A DNA stretch of 64,000 bases from Tolypothrix carrinoi HA7290-LM1 (lineage in GTDB: Bacteria; Cyanobacteriota; Cyanobacteriia; Cyanobacteriales; Nostocaceae): assembly GCA_019358935.1 (NCBI GenBank), contig JAHHIK010000008.1:32001-96000 (forward strand). The letters are read 5' to 3'. Shown one piece after another: positions 52,636 to 63,137 of this stretch (its first letter is position 1; each line of letters opens with the position of its first letter). Under the pieces are notes generated by a model. That model saw only the letters and a program-made list of their open reading frames with translations, made no database searches and was not told the origin of the DNA. The translations under genes and the position numbers were made by a program.

Positions 52636-54108
52636 ATGATTCCTAACCATTCCGTCTCCTTGGATGACCACGCAATTGAAGCCCGTGCTGACAAGCCAGA
52701 AGAAGCTTGCGGCGTTTTTGGCATCTACGCACCAGGGGAAGATGTTGCCAAACTGACCTACTTTGGACTTTATGCCCTTCAACACCGAGGTCAAGAGTCA
52801 GCGGGAATTGCCACATTTGCAGGGGAAGAAGTACACCTGCACAAAGATATGGGTTTGGTATCCCATGTGTTTAACGAATCAACTTTGAGTAAGTTACCAG
52901 GTAACTTAGCCGTTGGTCACACTCGTTACTCTACTACAGGTTCCAGCCGGAAAGTTAACGCCCAGCCTGCTGTTGTCGAAACTCGCTTGGGTTCAATAGC
53001 TTTAGCACATAATGGTAATTTAGTCAATACCGGGCACTTAAGAGAAGAGTTGCTAAAGAGCAAATGCAACTTAGTGACGACAACCGATTCAGAAATGATT
53101 GCTTTTGCGATCGCCGAAGAAATCAATGCTGGTGCAGACTGGTTAGAAGGCTGCATTCGTGCATTTAACCGTTGCCAAGGTGCCTTTAGTTTAGTAATTG
53201 GCACTCCAACTGGTGTTATGGGCGTTCGCGATCCTAATGGCATTCGTCCTTTAGTAATTGGCACCTTGGGAGAAAATCCAGTTCGCTACGTTCTCGCATC
53301 AGAAACCTGTGGACTAGATATTATTGGTGCCGATTATCTCCGCGACGTAGAACCGGGCGAATTAGTTTGGATTACCGAAGATGGTTTAGCTTCGTTTCCT
53401 TGGAGTCAACAACCCCAAAAGAAGCTGTGTATCTTTGAGATGATTTACTTTGCCCGCCCCGACAGTATGATGAACGATGAAACATTGTACAGCTACCGAC
53501 TGCGGTTAGGGCGGCGACTAGCTGAAGAATCTGCTGTAGAAGCAGATATTGTATTTGGTGTTCCTGATTCTGGTGTACCAGCTGCGATCGGCTTTTCTCA
53601 AGCTTCTGGTATTCCCTACGCTGAAGGACTGATTAAGAATCGTTACGTCGGGCGCACCTTCATTCAGCCAACACAAATGATGCGCGAATCCGGAATCAAA
53701 ATGAAACTCAATCCCCTCAAAGATGTCCTATACGGCAAAAGAGTGGTGATTGTGGATGATTCCATAGTCCGGGGTACAACCAGCCGAAAACTCGTCAAAA
53801 CCTTGCGGGATGCGGGTGTAGTGGAAGTGCATATGCGAATTTCCTCACCCCCAGTAACTCACCCTTGTTTCTACGGTATCGACACAGACACCCAGGATCA
53901 GCTAATTGCTGCCACCAAATCAGTAGAAGAAATTGCCAAACAACTAGAAGTTGACACCTTAGCCTATCTCAGTTGGAAAGGAATGCTAGAAGCAACGCGA
54001 GAAGACACTAATAGTTTTTGTTCCGCTTGCTTTACCGGCGATTACCCCACCTCAATTCCGGAAGCGCTCAAAGGTTCTAAATTGATATTAGAAAAAGCAG
54101 CAGTCTAG
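52636..54108 (+). CDS. purF: Amidophosphoribosyltransferase
   Basis: EACGVFG, QHRGQESAG, GHTRYST and VDDSIVRGTT motifs. Confidence 0.97.
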   Translation: MIPNHSVSLDDHAIEARADKPEEACGVFGIYAPGEDVAKLTYFGLYALQHRGQESAGIATFAGEEVHLHKDMGLVSHVFNESTLSKLPGNLAVGHTRYSTTGSSRKVNAQPAVVETRLGSIALAHNGNLVNTGHLREELLKSKCNLVTTTDSEMIAFAIAEEINAGADWLEGCIRAFNRCQGAFSLVIGTPTGVMGVRDPNGIRPLVIGTLGENPVRYVLASETCGLDIIGADYLRDVEPGELVWITEDGLASFPWSQQPQKKLCIFEMIYFARPDSMMNDETLYSYRLRLGRRLAEESAVEADIVFGVPDSGVPAAIGFSQASGIPYAEGLIKNRYVGRTFIQPTQMMRESGIKMKLNPLKDVLYGKRVVIVDDSIVRGTTSRKLVKTLRDAGVVEVHMRISSPPVTHPCFYGIDTDTQDQLIAATKSVEEIAKQLEVDTLAYLSWKGMLEATREDTNSFCSACFTGDYPTSIPEALKGSKLILEKAAV

Positions 54109-54243
54109 GGCATGGGGCAATGGGCATTGGGCATTGGGCATCGGGCATTGGGCATCGGGTCATCGGGTCAAGATTTGGCTTTATTCCCAATTCCCAATTC
54201 TTAATTCTCAATGCCCATTGCCCATTGCCCCATGCCCCATTCC
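54108..54243. repeat. STRR inverted arrays between convergent genes
   Basis: (GGGCATT/C)n ... (TGCCCAT)n. Confidence 0.8.
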
Positions 54244-54248
54244 CAAAT

Positions 54249-54530
54249 TTAGCTTTGCTGCAAAAATTCTACATTGGGTAACAACGGATCTGTAACAATG
54301 CCCACACCGCTGAAACCCCAGCGTTTCAGCAAACTTTTTACCTGCGTCCCTGGAATAGATTCTACAGAAAAGCGGCTTGCCAGTTCTGCGGCGTGGGTGT
54401 TGAGGTAGCTGAGGGCGTCAAAATGTTCGCCAAATAGCAACAAATAGCTTGTTCCTTGCGAGTTAGGACGGGCAGTAAGATAACTACCGTCAGATTTTGA
54501 GCGTATTAGATAATAAACTTCGGACAACAT
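54249..54530 (-). CDS. Cyanobacterial hypothetical protein (93 aa)
   Basis: MLSEVYYLIRSKSDGSYL...DPLLPNVEF; the longer start in the ORF track is repeat-derived. Confidence 0.7.
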   Translation of the reverse strand: MLSEVYYLIRSKSDGSYLTARPNSQGTSYLLLFGEHFDALSYLNTHAAELASRFSVESIPGTQVKSLLKRWGFSGVGIVTDPLLPNVEFLQQS

Positions 54531-54679
54531 GGAGGGGAGGGGGGGAGTGGGGGAGTGGGGGAGTGGGGGAGTGGGGGACAAGGGAGACAAGGGAGACAAG
54601 GGAGACAAGGGGGACAAGGGGGACAACCAACCACCAACCACTAACAACTAACAACTAACAACTAACAACTAACAAGCAA

Positions 54680-55726
54680 CTAATTCAAATTTTCTAGTCT
54701 TATGCGCGGATCGGCAGCTTTCAGCATTAAGTCGGCGACTAAATTGCCGACAATTAGGAGTACTGCACCCATTACCAAGCTTGCCATTACTAGAGGCACA
54801 TCTAGATTTAATAAAGCTTGTAAAGTCAACTTTCCCAAACCGGGCCAGTTAAAAAACTGCTCAGTAATGAAAGCGCCGCTTAATAAACTAGCCAATTCAA
54901 AGCCCAATAACGTAATTAAGGGGTTAATGGCGTTACGAAGGGCATGAACGTAAATAACGCGGTTTTCGGGCAATCCTTTAGCGCGAGCCGTTTGGATGTA
55001 ATCTTGACGCAGTACATCTAACATTTCGCCGCGAGTGATTCGCTGTAAACCAGCAAAGCTAGTGATGCTTAAAGCGATGGTGGGTAAAATTAAGTGCCAG
55101 CCTATATCTATAATTTTCCCAATTGGGGAGAGGTCGCTGTGATAAATGCTGGTCATACCACCTACGGGAAACAGGGGGGTGGTGATTTGGGCAAAGAACA
55201 GTAAAAACAAAGCGGCAATGAAACTGGGAAATCCTTGTCCGAGGTAGCTTAAGACTTGCAAAATCCGGTCGTAAGCGCGATTTTGCTTGACGGCGGCGGT
55301 GATGCCCAAGGGGATAGCGATCGCCCAAGTTACAATTAAAGAAGCGATCGCCATCAGCAAGGTTGCTGGCACGCGTTCCCACAACAAAGATGCCACCGAA
55401 CGATTATAAGAAAAACTCGTCCCAAAATCTCCCCGTGTCAAAATATTCCACAACCAAAGTCCAAATTGTTCCAGCCAAGACTTATCCAAACCAAACTGTC
55501 GTCGCAGTTCATCAATTCGTTCTTTAGAAATTTTCGGATTTGCCTCCAAGGAACTGACATAATCCCCTGGTGCGAGCTGCATAATAAAAAATGACAATGC
55601 TGATGCTAAAAACAATGTCAAAAGCGCCTGTAATAGCCGCTTGATGACATAAATAAAGGTTTCGCTAGTGACCAGCCTATACAGCCAATCTCGACTTGTT
55701 TCTAAGGAAATTCTGGTAGAAGTCAT
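54680..55726 (-). CDS. Peptide/nickel ABC transporter permease (OppB/DppB-like)
   Basis: GDFGTS and DYIQTARAKGL...HALRNA (EAA loop), FNWPGLG. Confidence 0.93.
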   Translation of the reverse strand: MTSTRISLETSRDWLYRLVTSETFIYVIKRLLQALLTLFLASALSFFIMQLAPGDYVSSLEANPKISKERIDELRRQFGLDKSWLEQFGLWLWNILTRGDFGTSFSYNRSVASLLWERVPATLLMAIASLIVTWAIAIPLGITAAVKQNRAYDRILQVLSYLGQGFPSFIAALFLLFFAQITTPLFPVGGMTSIYHSDLSPIGKIIDIGWHLILPTIALSITSFAGLQRITRGEMLDVLRQDYIQTARAKGLPENRVIYVHALRNAINPLITLLGFELASLLSGAFITEQFFNWPGLGKLTLQALLNLDVPLVMASLVMGAVLLIVGNLVADLMLKAADPRIRLENLN

Positions 55727-55896
55727 AGTAGTTTGTCAAACGTCAACAGGAGCCAGTGCCGTGGTGAGGCAGCGCGGTCTTGGGGGTTTCCCCCATGAGC
55801 GACTGCCGAAAGGGTTTCCCGACTTGAGGCATCTGGCGTTCAATAGTCTTGAGTCAAAAGCCTTTGGACTGTAGACTTTGGACTTTGGACTTTTGA

Positions 55897-56415
55897 CTAA
55901 TATTCCACAAGGCTAATAATCGGCACATCCGGCAGATTTTTTCGCCCTTGCAAATCCCGTAGCTCGATGATAAACCCAAATCCCACAAGTTCGCAGCCAA
56001 TCTTCTCTATTAACTTTGCCGTCGCACTCGCGGTTCCACCTGTCGCAATCAAATCATCTACAATCAAAACCCGGCTATTGGGGTGCAAAGCGTCCTGATG
56101 CATTTCCAAACAGTCCGTACCATACTCTAGTTCATATTCAACCGAATGAACTGCTGCTGGTAACTTACCTGGTTTGCGAACTGGAATAAAACCAACTCCT
56201 AATTTATAAGCTAGAGGTGTACCAAATATGAAGCCCCGCGACTCCATCCCCACAATATAATCAGCTTTTAATCCGGCATCAATGCATTTTTCGGCAAAAA
56301 TGTCAATAGTGTAACGCAGTCCTTGTGGATCGCGCAGCAGTGTGGTGATATCCCGAAAGACAATTCCGGGTTTAGGAAAATCTGGGATGTCACGAATCAG
56401 AGACTTTAAATCCAT
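55897..56415 (-). CDS. apt: Adenine phosphoribosyltransferase
   Basis: [13 protein letters not shown] and [10 protein letters not shown] motifs; ATG at 56415. Confidence 0.97.
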   Translation of the reverse strand: MDLKSLIRDIPDFPKPGIVFRDITTLLRDPQGLRYTIDIFAEKCIDAGLKADYIVGMESRGFIFGTPLAYKLGVGFIPVRKPGKLPAAVHSVEYELEYGTDCLEMHQDALHPNSRVLIVDDLIATGGTASATAKLIEKIGCELVGFGFIIELRDLQGRKNLPDVPIISLVEY

Positions 56416-56422
56416 AAGAATA

Positions 56423-56667
56423 GGGAATGGGGAATGGGCATCGGGCATTGGGCAATGGGCAATGGGCAATGGGCAATGGGCAATGGGCAATGGGCAATGG
56501 GCAATGGGCAATGGGCAATGGGCAATGGGCAACGGGAATTAAAGACGCTCGATTTTTGATGCGCGTTCTATTCTAATAGCATTCTTTCCATGCCCGATGC
56601 CCGATGCCCGATGCCCGATGCCCGATGCCCGATGCCCGATGCCCCATGCCCGATGCCCCATGCCCAA
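56423..56667. repeat. STRR-armed element, copy 1 (56-bp core at 56534-56589)
   Basis: (GGGCAAT)n-core-(ATGCCCG)n. Confidence 0.85.
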
Positions 56668-56951
56668 TCCTAGATACCTGAAAAATCGTACACTATAATG
56701 TCATACGCTTGGGATCATTGCTCAAGAACGCACAATCCATTGACGATTATCAGAATCTACACCAAGCTAAAGATGGAATTATACTACCTCTTGTTGCTAT
56801 TAAACTTATGTTTTAAAAACTGACGATTTCAATATACGGAAACCTTTGAGTAGAACGAGTAAGTAATCTATATATTAGGCAGTCCTACTACTGCCATGTG
56901 AAAATGTTCACTTTTTAGACTAGCTATCTTAAATTAGTTTTACCTAGTCTG

Positions 56952-57605
56952 TTGCGATCGCACAAGGTATTTATAATGAATGTCTCCGCTTCTTTAACGC
57001 CGTTCAACAGTAGTCCCACGCAAAAATCAGCGCCGATGATTCTGGACACTCTCCCCGATCCTGCAATTGAGGGACAAGGATGTCCCCGTACAACCCGCGT
57101 GCAAATTGACCTTATTTTACTAGCAATTGAAGCTTTAGAACTGGGTGGCTCTGAAGCAATTTTGGGATTTGCTGAAGAATTGGATCTCAAAGGTATTATT
57201 AAAGATCGGGTGAATTTATGGCGAATGCGTAGCACTAACCCGTTACGTAGAGCAAATATTCGCCGTCCTTTGACTATTATCGAGGCGAAAGCTTTGGTAG
57301 TTATCGCTTGCTATTTGGCGCGACGGTTGACAGTTGTCATTCGCCAAATGCTAATGATTTATCAACAAATGAATGATAAACAGATTCCCTTAGAACAAAA
57401 TTTGCGGCTTTCTAATTATCTAGAGCGATTTAGAGCGCATTTTAAAAGCCGCATGAATCCCCGCCGTTCTGGTTTTTTGGCATTAACTTCTGATGAAAAA
57501 ATAGATGAACTGGCGATGAATTTGTTAGGTAAATTATTATTTTGTACAGGTACAGCGGGAATGCAACGCTTCTGGATTAGTCTTTTTGACGGTGAAGTAG
57601 AATGA
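56952..57605 (+). CDS. DUF3038-like protein
   Basis: IDLILLAIEAL, LWRMRSTNPLR and LLFCTGTAGMQRFWISLFDGEV. Confidence 0.75.
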   Translation: MRSHKVFIMNVSASLTPFNSSPTQKSAPMILDTLPDPAIEGQGCPRTTRVQIDLILLAIEALELGGSEAILGFAEELDLKGIIKDRVNLWRMRSTNPLRRANIRRPLTIIEAKALVVIACYLARRLTVVIRQMLMIYQQMNDKQIPLEQNLRLSNYLERFRAHFKSRMNPRRSGFLALTSDEKIDELAMNLLGKLLFCTGTAGMQRFWISLFDGEVE

Positions 57606-59056
57606 ATATTCAACGTAAGTATAGTTTACCTAATTGCACGCTGCTTTTAGAAGGTTTAAGTGATGCTACAAGAGCGGCACACTTCCAAGAAATGCGCCCA
57701 GAATTATCAATTTTGGTAAATGCAGAATGCTATTTATCTGGCTACAATCAGCCATTAGTGGGAGGGCGAGAATTTTTTGAAAGTTTGGTGAGAGCCGTTA
57801 GTGGTTATGCTCAAGAATTTTTGAGCAGTGTGCCGAACCCACTCGCACACAACACAGAATCAGAGTTAGTGCAGTTCCAGAAAATTCACAGCAATCGACA
57901 TAGATTGATTGTGCATTCAGAAGTACAAAAAAATCCAGAAGCTAAATCTAATAATGGTAAAGCACCAATTCAAATCGATTTGAATAGCGTGCAGTTGTTT
58001 GATTTAGTCGAAGCGGTGGATCAGTTTTTTGCTGATAGCCAAACTTTACCAGAGCTGTCACTCGAATTACAACCTGTTGGCAAAAGTTCTGGTCTTGCTA
58101 GTCAAGCGTTTATCAAGCAAGCAGTACCAGCGGGTGTGGGTGTATCGAGTTTGGCTGTATGTGCTCTTGCCTTCGGTTTGATTCCAGCGCCACAAGTGCG
58201 TCAACCACAACAGCAGACTAACTCTACAACACCCAGCACCACTCAAAAAGCAGCAGATGCTACAAATCCCGCACCATCTGCTATCCCCACAGCATCTGCT
58301 ACCCCTATCGCAAATGCTACTCCCACACCAACTACCACCCCGACTGCATCACCCGCAGTTACAACAGATTTAGAAGCTCTTTTAAAAACAGTTCCGGAAA
58401 TTACTGATGCCTCTCAACTGCGGGCATTAAATCGCCAAGTATACAATCAAATTAATCCGGATTGGGCTAATCGCTCAGGATTAAATGAGGATTTAGTCTA
58501 TCGTGTCGGTGTCGCAGCGGATGGTGCGATCGTCGGTTATAAAGCGATAAATAAAGAAGCAAATCAGGCAATAGAAAAAACTCCCTTGCCGAAACTGCTT
58601 TATAATCCTGCCAAACGTGGGGGCATTAACAACGAACCGATCGCTCAATTTCGAGTAGTCTTTACACAGCAAGGTGTGCTGCAAGTTAGTCCTTGGCTGG
58701 GATATGCCAACACACCACAAGTTATCGGCGCAAAAATCACAGACGCCAACGCCGTCAAAGATTTAAATAAGAAGCTTTATGATACAATTCGCCAAAATTG
58801 GAGCGGAACTCCCACTTTTTCCCAAAATTTGAAGTATCGAGTCGCCGTCAACAAAGATGGCACGATCGCCGATTATGAACCACTTAACCAAGTAGCTTTT
58901 GATTATTTCCGGGAAACACCGCTTCCCAAGATATTCAACGCACTTTACGGTTCAAATGTAGCCCCTCCCAACACCAAACAACCCCTCGCTCACTACCAAG
59001 TAGTATTTCAGCCCAACGGCAATCTAGAAGTCACTCCTTGGCAGGGATATCGGTAA
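57602..59056 (+). CDS. DUF4335-like membrane-anchored protein
   Basis: RKYSLPNCTLLLEG and QLFDLVEAVDQF; TM, Pro/Thr linker and duplicated C-terminal domain; ATGA overlap. Confidence 0.75.
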   Translation: MNIQRKYSLPNCTLLLEGLSDATRAAHFQEMRPELSILVNAECYLSGYNQPLVGGREFFESLVRAVSGYAQEFLSSVPNPLAHNTESELVQFQKIHSNRHRLIVHSEVQKNPEAKSNNGKAPIQIDLNSVQLFDLVEAVDQFFADSQTLPELSLELQPVGKSSGLASQAFIKQAVPAGVGVSSLAVCALAFGLIPAPQVRQPQQQTNSTTPSTTQKAADATNPAPSAIPTASATPIANATPTPTTTPTASPAVTTDLEALLKTVPEITDASQLRALNRQVYNQINPDWANRSGLNEDLVYRVGVAADGAIVGYKAINKEANQAIEKTPLPKLLYNPAKRGGINNEPIAQFRVVFTQQGVLQVSPWLGYANTPQVIGAKITDANAVKDLNKKLYDTIRQNWSGTPTFSQNLKYRVAVNKDGTIADYEPLNQVAFDYFRETPLPKIFNALYGSNVAPPNTKQPLAHYQVVFQPNGNLEVTPWQGYR

Positions 59057-59273
59057 TTGGGGAATGGGCAATGGGCAATGGGCAATGGGCAATGGGCAAT
59101 AGGCAATGGGCAATGGGCAATGGGCAATGGGCAATGGGAATTAAAGACGCTCGATTTTTAATGCGCGTTCTATTCTAATAGCATTCTTTCCATGCCCAAT
59201 GCCCCATGCCCAATGCCCAATGCCCCATGCCCGATGCCCCATGCCCGATGCCCGATGCCCCATGCCCCATGCC
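59057..59273. repeat. STRR-armed element, copy 2 (56-bp core at 59136-59191)
   Basis: Core is 55/56 identical to copy 1. Confidence 0.85.
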
Positions 59274-61544
59274 CTATTTTGTAACTCTCCCCATATAATT
59301 TCCCCAAAGTTGGGCTGCTTGAGCGCTGCTGCCAGATGTGGGAGAATTGTTATCATTTCCTAACCAAATACCAGTTACGAGTCGCTTACTGGGAATAAAG
59401 CCAATAAACCACAGGTCAACGTTGTCATTTGTTGTGCCTGTTTTACCAGCTTCGCCTAATCCAATTGCAGCACTGCGTCCTGTACCTCTGGTGACGACGC
59501 CGCGTAGCAAATTGGTCATGGTATTGGCTATTTCCGGTTTGAGTACGCGCTTGTTTGCTTCTGGAACTTGGTCAAAAGAGTAGATGACGCGGCAAGTTTT
59601 CAAATCCTTGGGATCGCGACAATCACTGCTATCTAAAATCCGGCTAATTGCGTGCGGACGATTCCAGACACCACGATTACCGATGGCTCCAAAAGCACCA
59701 GTCATTTCCGTGACATTAACTACACTTTGACCGAGAATTAAGCCAGGAACCGGATCGAGGGAAGACTTCACCCCCAAACGCTGTGCCATTGCGACAACTT
59801 TATTCAAGCCGACTTCTTTGGCGACTCGCAAGGCGATCGGGTTTTCCGAAAGCGCAAGACCGGTAGCAATATCTAAACTACCACCAGCGCCACTGCGACA
59901 AGGTTTGTAGGTAAAACCTTGCCAGCGCAAAGAATCACACGAATAACTTCTTCCGGGGGAAATTCCTTGCTCAATGGCGGCGGTGTAAGCAAAAATTTTA
60001 AAGGTAGAACCTGGTTGTCTTTTTGCCTGGATAGCCCGATTAAACTGACTTTTTCTGTAATCGGTTCCCCCTACCATCGCCAGTATCGCACCAGTGCTGG
60101 AATCAAGAGTCACCACTGCACCTTGGGAATAACGAAAACTTGAGCCACCGTTGTTGACAGAATTTCGCAATGCTGCTTCGGCTTGCGCTTGAATTGCTGG
60201 GTCTAGCTGAGTTTCTATAATAAAGTTGCCTTCTGTGGCTAACTCTTCACCCAAAATCGATCTGAGTTCTTGAAAGACGTAACTGTAGAAATAGGGTGCA
60301 ATTGTTTTCGCTTGCTGTTCGCAAACTTTGGGGCTAACTTCGATAGGCGATCGCCTAGCGCGGTTATACTCTTCAAGTTTGATTTTCCCCATTTCCAGCA
60401 ACCGCTTCAGCACGCGATTGCGATATTCAATTGCTTCTAACTTATTTCGACTTTCTCCACAAAAATCGAAGCCGTTGGGAGCGGGTAAAATTCCTACCAA
60501 CGTCGCTGCTTCTGCCAAAGTTAATTCTTTTGCCGACTTCTCAAAGTAAAATCGAGCTGCATCCTCAAACCCGGAGGTATCCACCCCCAAAAACACCCGA
60601 TTTAGATAAGTCAGTAAAATTTCATCTTTACTGTAAAACGTTTCTAACTTCAAAGCAACTACAGCCTCTCGCAATTTTCGCCCCAAAGAGTCTTGGCTGC
60701 CGACATAATCGCGAAACAAACTTCTAGCGACTTGCTGAGTTACAGTACTAGCACCTTGCTGCACATCTCCACTGCGGCTATTAATTAATACTGCTCGCAA
60801 AATTCCGTATGGGTCAACCCCGAAGTGCCAATAATAACGGCTATCTTCTGAGGCTACTACAGCAGCGGGCAAATAAGGACCAAAGTCTTCTAAACGCTTT
60901 TTGTCGATGTGAGAAGTAGAGCGAGGTTCGCGTAATGGCTTTTGTCCATCACGAGCGTAAACGATTACCGGGGCACGGGTGGCTGTGGGTAGAGGTCTAA
61001 CCGAGAATTTTAGTGATTCTACGCCAATTACCAAGGCGAATAAGGCTGTGGCTCCACCGACACCGCAAGCGCTCCATGTGGCAGCTTTTACATACCAAGG
61101 TGGTGGATCGACGTATTGCAGCCGCACGGAAGCAGCGAGTTCTGGCGGTCCGAGGGTGAAAATGTCACCGTGTCGTAGTTCTAGGGAAGTGACGCGACGT
61201 TTGCCGCGATAAATGCCATTAGTTGAGTTTTCATCTTTGATGATAAAAACCGGAGTTCGTTGAGTGGAATCGCGGGACAGTGACAGATGAATTTGGCTGA
61301 CTACTGGGTTGCGGATGACGATATCGCAGGATTTGGAACTGCGACCTAATACGTAGCGATCGCCTAATAACGGATATACTTCCGCCTTGTCCGCCCCCGA
61401 ATCCTGCACCAATAATTCTGGTACTCTGGCATTAGGTCGCAGCGCGAGTTTGGAAAAATCAACTCTCGCTTGAATTGTTTGTACTGCTTGAGTCACCTGA
61501 CCAAGCAAAGTTTTTGGCTTTTGAGGGGGGTGGGGGGAACTCAT
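59274..61544 (-). CDS. Class A penicillin-binding protein with N-terminal FHA domain
   Basis: FHA (LGR, VSQIH, STNG), transglycosylase (SEDSRY, GASTVTQQ) and transpeptidase (STFK, SEN, KTG). Confidence 0.93.
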   Translation of the reverse strand: MSSPHPPQKPKTLLGQVTQAVQTIQARVDFSKLALRPNARVPELLVQDSGADKAEVYPLLGDRYVLGRSSKSCDIVIRNPVVSQIHLSLSRDSTQRTPVFIIKDENSTNGIYRGKRRVTSLELRHGDIFTLGPPELAASVRLQYVDPPPWYVKAATWSACGVGGATALFALVIGVESLKFSVRPLPTATRAPVIVYARDGQKPLREPRSTSHIDKKRLEDFGPYLPAAVVASEDSRYYWHFGVDPYGILRAVLINSRSGDVQQGASTVTQQVARSLFRDYVGSQDSLGRKLREAVVALKLETFYSKDEILLTYLNRVFLGVDTSGFEDAARFYFEKSAKELTLAEAATLVGILPAPNGFDFCGESRNKLEAIEYRNRVLKRLLEMGKIKLEEYNRARRSPIEVSPKVCEQQAKTIAPYFYSYVFQELRSILGEELATEGNFIIETQLDPAIQAQAEAALRNSVNNGGSSFRYSQGAVVTLDSSTGAILAMVGGTDYRKSQFNRAIQAKRQPGSTFKIFAYTAAIEQGISPGRSYSCDSLRWQGFTYKPCRSGAGGSLDIATGLALSENPIALRVAKEVGLNKVVAMAQRLGVKSSLDPVPGLILGQSVVNVTEMTGAFGAIGNRGVWNRPHAISRILDSSDCRDPKDLKTCRVIYSFDQVPEANKRVLKPEIANTMTNLLRGVVTRGTGRSAAIGLGEAGKTGTTNDNVDLWFIGFIPSKRLVTGIWLGNDNNSPTSGSSAQAAQLWGNYMGRVTK

Positions 61545-61951
61545 TGGCTATATCACACCACGATTAGTTAGTCAAGAAAACTGTCGATTTGCGCTCTTGA
61601 TGCTGGTATTTCACCATTTTACTCATAAGCCAAAGTAGAATTTGGCTGTACGGAATTATTGGAATTTCATTTGACACCAATACCATATAATGTCACCGGA
61701 TTAAATTTGTTAATTTTATAACATACTTATCTCAGCAATAATTCTTATACAAATTATCTAATCCCTATTTCGTAAATGACGAATAAAATGTAGTTATTTG
61801 AAGTTGTATTGATAATTACTACCAATCCTGGTACAAATTATGTAAATTTTATAGCTTTGGGAGCTAGACAAATTTCAAATTCAAAATATACATCTTCATT
61901 TAGGAAGATTTTATAAATTATATTGTTTGATTTAATGGGCGGAGTGTTCCG

Positions 61952-62923
61952 TTGAGGTTAAATAAGATGAAGGGAAAATATCTGACCCTAATAGGTACAG
62001 CCTTTACCCTAGCAGTTACCAGCAATGTTGCTGTTGCTCAATCGTCCAAATTCCCAGAATTAGCAAGCCAATCCACAAGCACCTCGCCAACGGAGATCAA
62101 GCTGAATGCCGATGCTCAGGAAATTTTGTGTAAAAATTTCCCGCTGAATTCCCGTTGTCAAGGAGGCACCACTGGAGCGACTCCAAACACTCCAGCTAAC
62201 ACAACTACCCCAGGTACCACCACAACTCCTGACGCAACTACCCCAGGTACCACCACAACTCCTGACGCAACTAGCCCAAGTAACACGCCAATTCCGGAAA
62301 ACAGCAATCCCAGCAACCCGTCAACTCCTGACACCATCAATCCAGGAAGCACTACATCTCCGGATTCAAACAGCCCAACCAAAATTACTCCGGTTCCAGG
62401 AAGCACTACACCGAACGACACAACTACCCCACCAGGTAGCACGATTCCGGAAAACAGTAATCCCAGCGACCCGACATCTCCTGACACGAGCAATCCAGGA
62501 AGCACTACATCTCCGGATTCAAACAGCCCAACCAAAATTACTCCAGTTCCAGGAAGCAGTACTACTCCCGACACAACTACCCCAGGTAACACGACCGAGC
62601 CTGATAGCGGCACTCCTGGCACTACTACTCCCGAAAACAGCATTCCAGGAAGCACCACGGTTCCTGATTCGAGCAGCACAATAACTCCTGATTCGAGTAC
62701 CCCAGGTAGCACGATAACTCCTGATTCGAGTACTCCAGGTAGTTTGACAACTCCTGATTCGAGCAGCCCAACTCAGATCACTCCAGTTCCAGGCAGCACG
62801 ATAACTCCTGATTCGAGTACTCCAGGTAGCACAATCGAACCAAGCAGCAGTTCTCCCAGTACACTTCCATCCGGTTCGGAAAAAGTTCCTACTGGTGGCT
62901 CACAAATGTTAGAACCACGTTAA
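61952..62923 (+). CDS. Secreted Pro/Thr/Ser-rich low-complexity protein
   Basis: Signal peptide (AVA|Q), CKNFPLNSRC motif and repeat-rich tail; ATG at 61967 is the likely start. Confidence 0.75.
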   Translation: MRLNKMKGKYLTLIGTAFTLAVTSNVAVAQSSKFPELASQSTSTSPTEIKLNADAQEILCKNFPLNSRCQGGTTGATPNTPANTTTPGTTTTPDATTPGTTTTPDATSPSNTPIPENSNPSNPSTPDTINPGSTTSPDSNSPTKITPVPGSTTPNDTTTPPGSTIPENSNPSDPTSPDTSNPGSTTSPDSNSPTKITPVPGSSTTPDTTTPGNTTEPDSGTPGTTTPENSIPGSTTVPDSSSTITPDSSTPGSTITPDSSTPGSLTTPDSSSPTQITPVPGSTITPDSSTPGSTIEPSSSSPSTLPSGSEKVPTGGSQMLEPR

Positions 62924-63048
62924 TTCAAACATAATCGCATTCTTGCCACCAGGGAATAGTCGGTTTGTCTAAATGCCGATTATCAATTTCTAATGGTGGC
63001 ATTTAAAGATCGTGTTGATTAGAGTTGAAACGAAAAACGTCAGAAAAG

Positions 63049-63104
63049 AAAATTAAGCCTGCTTACTCTTGGGGTTTTTCAAAGTAGTAAGCAGGCTTAA
63101 TTTT
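63049..63104. terminator. Long bidirectional hairpin between convergent genes
   Basis: aaaattaagcctgcttact...agtaagcaggcttaatttt, 19-bp perfect stem. Confidence 0.7.
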
Positions 63105-63137
63105 GTGAGGACTTCAGTCCTCACAGGAGAAGGAATG

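Noticed and set aside
56416..56532. N-terminal PIAHCPL extension of Apt in the ORF track
   Set aside because: This is translated STRR DNA; the canonical [13 protein letters not shown] start is at 56415.
62158..62712. 184-aa Gly/Val-rich minus-strand ORF
   Set aside because: It is the antisense shadow of the Pro/Thr-rich secreted protein.
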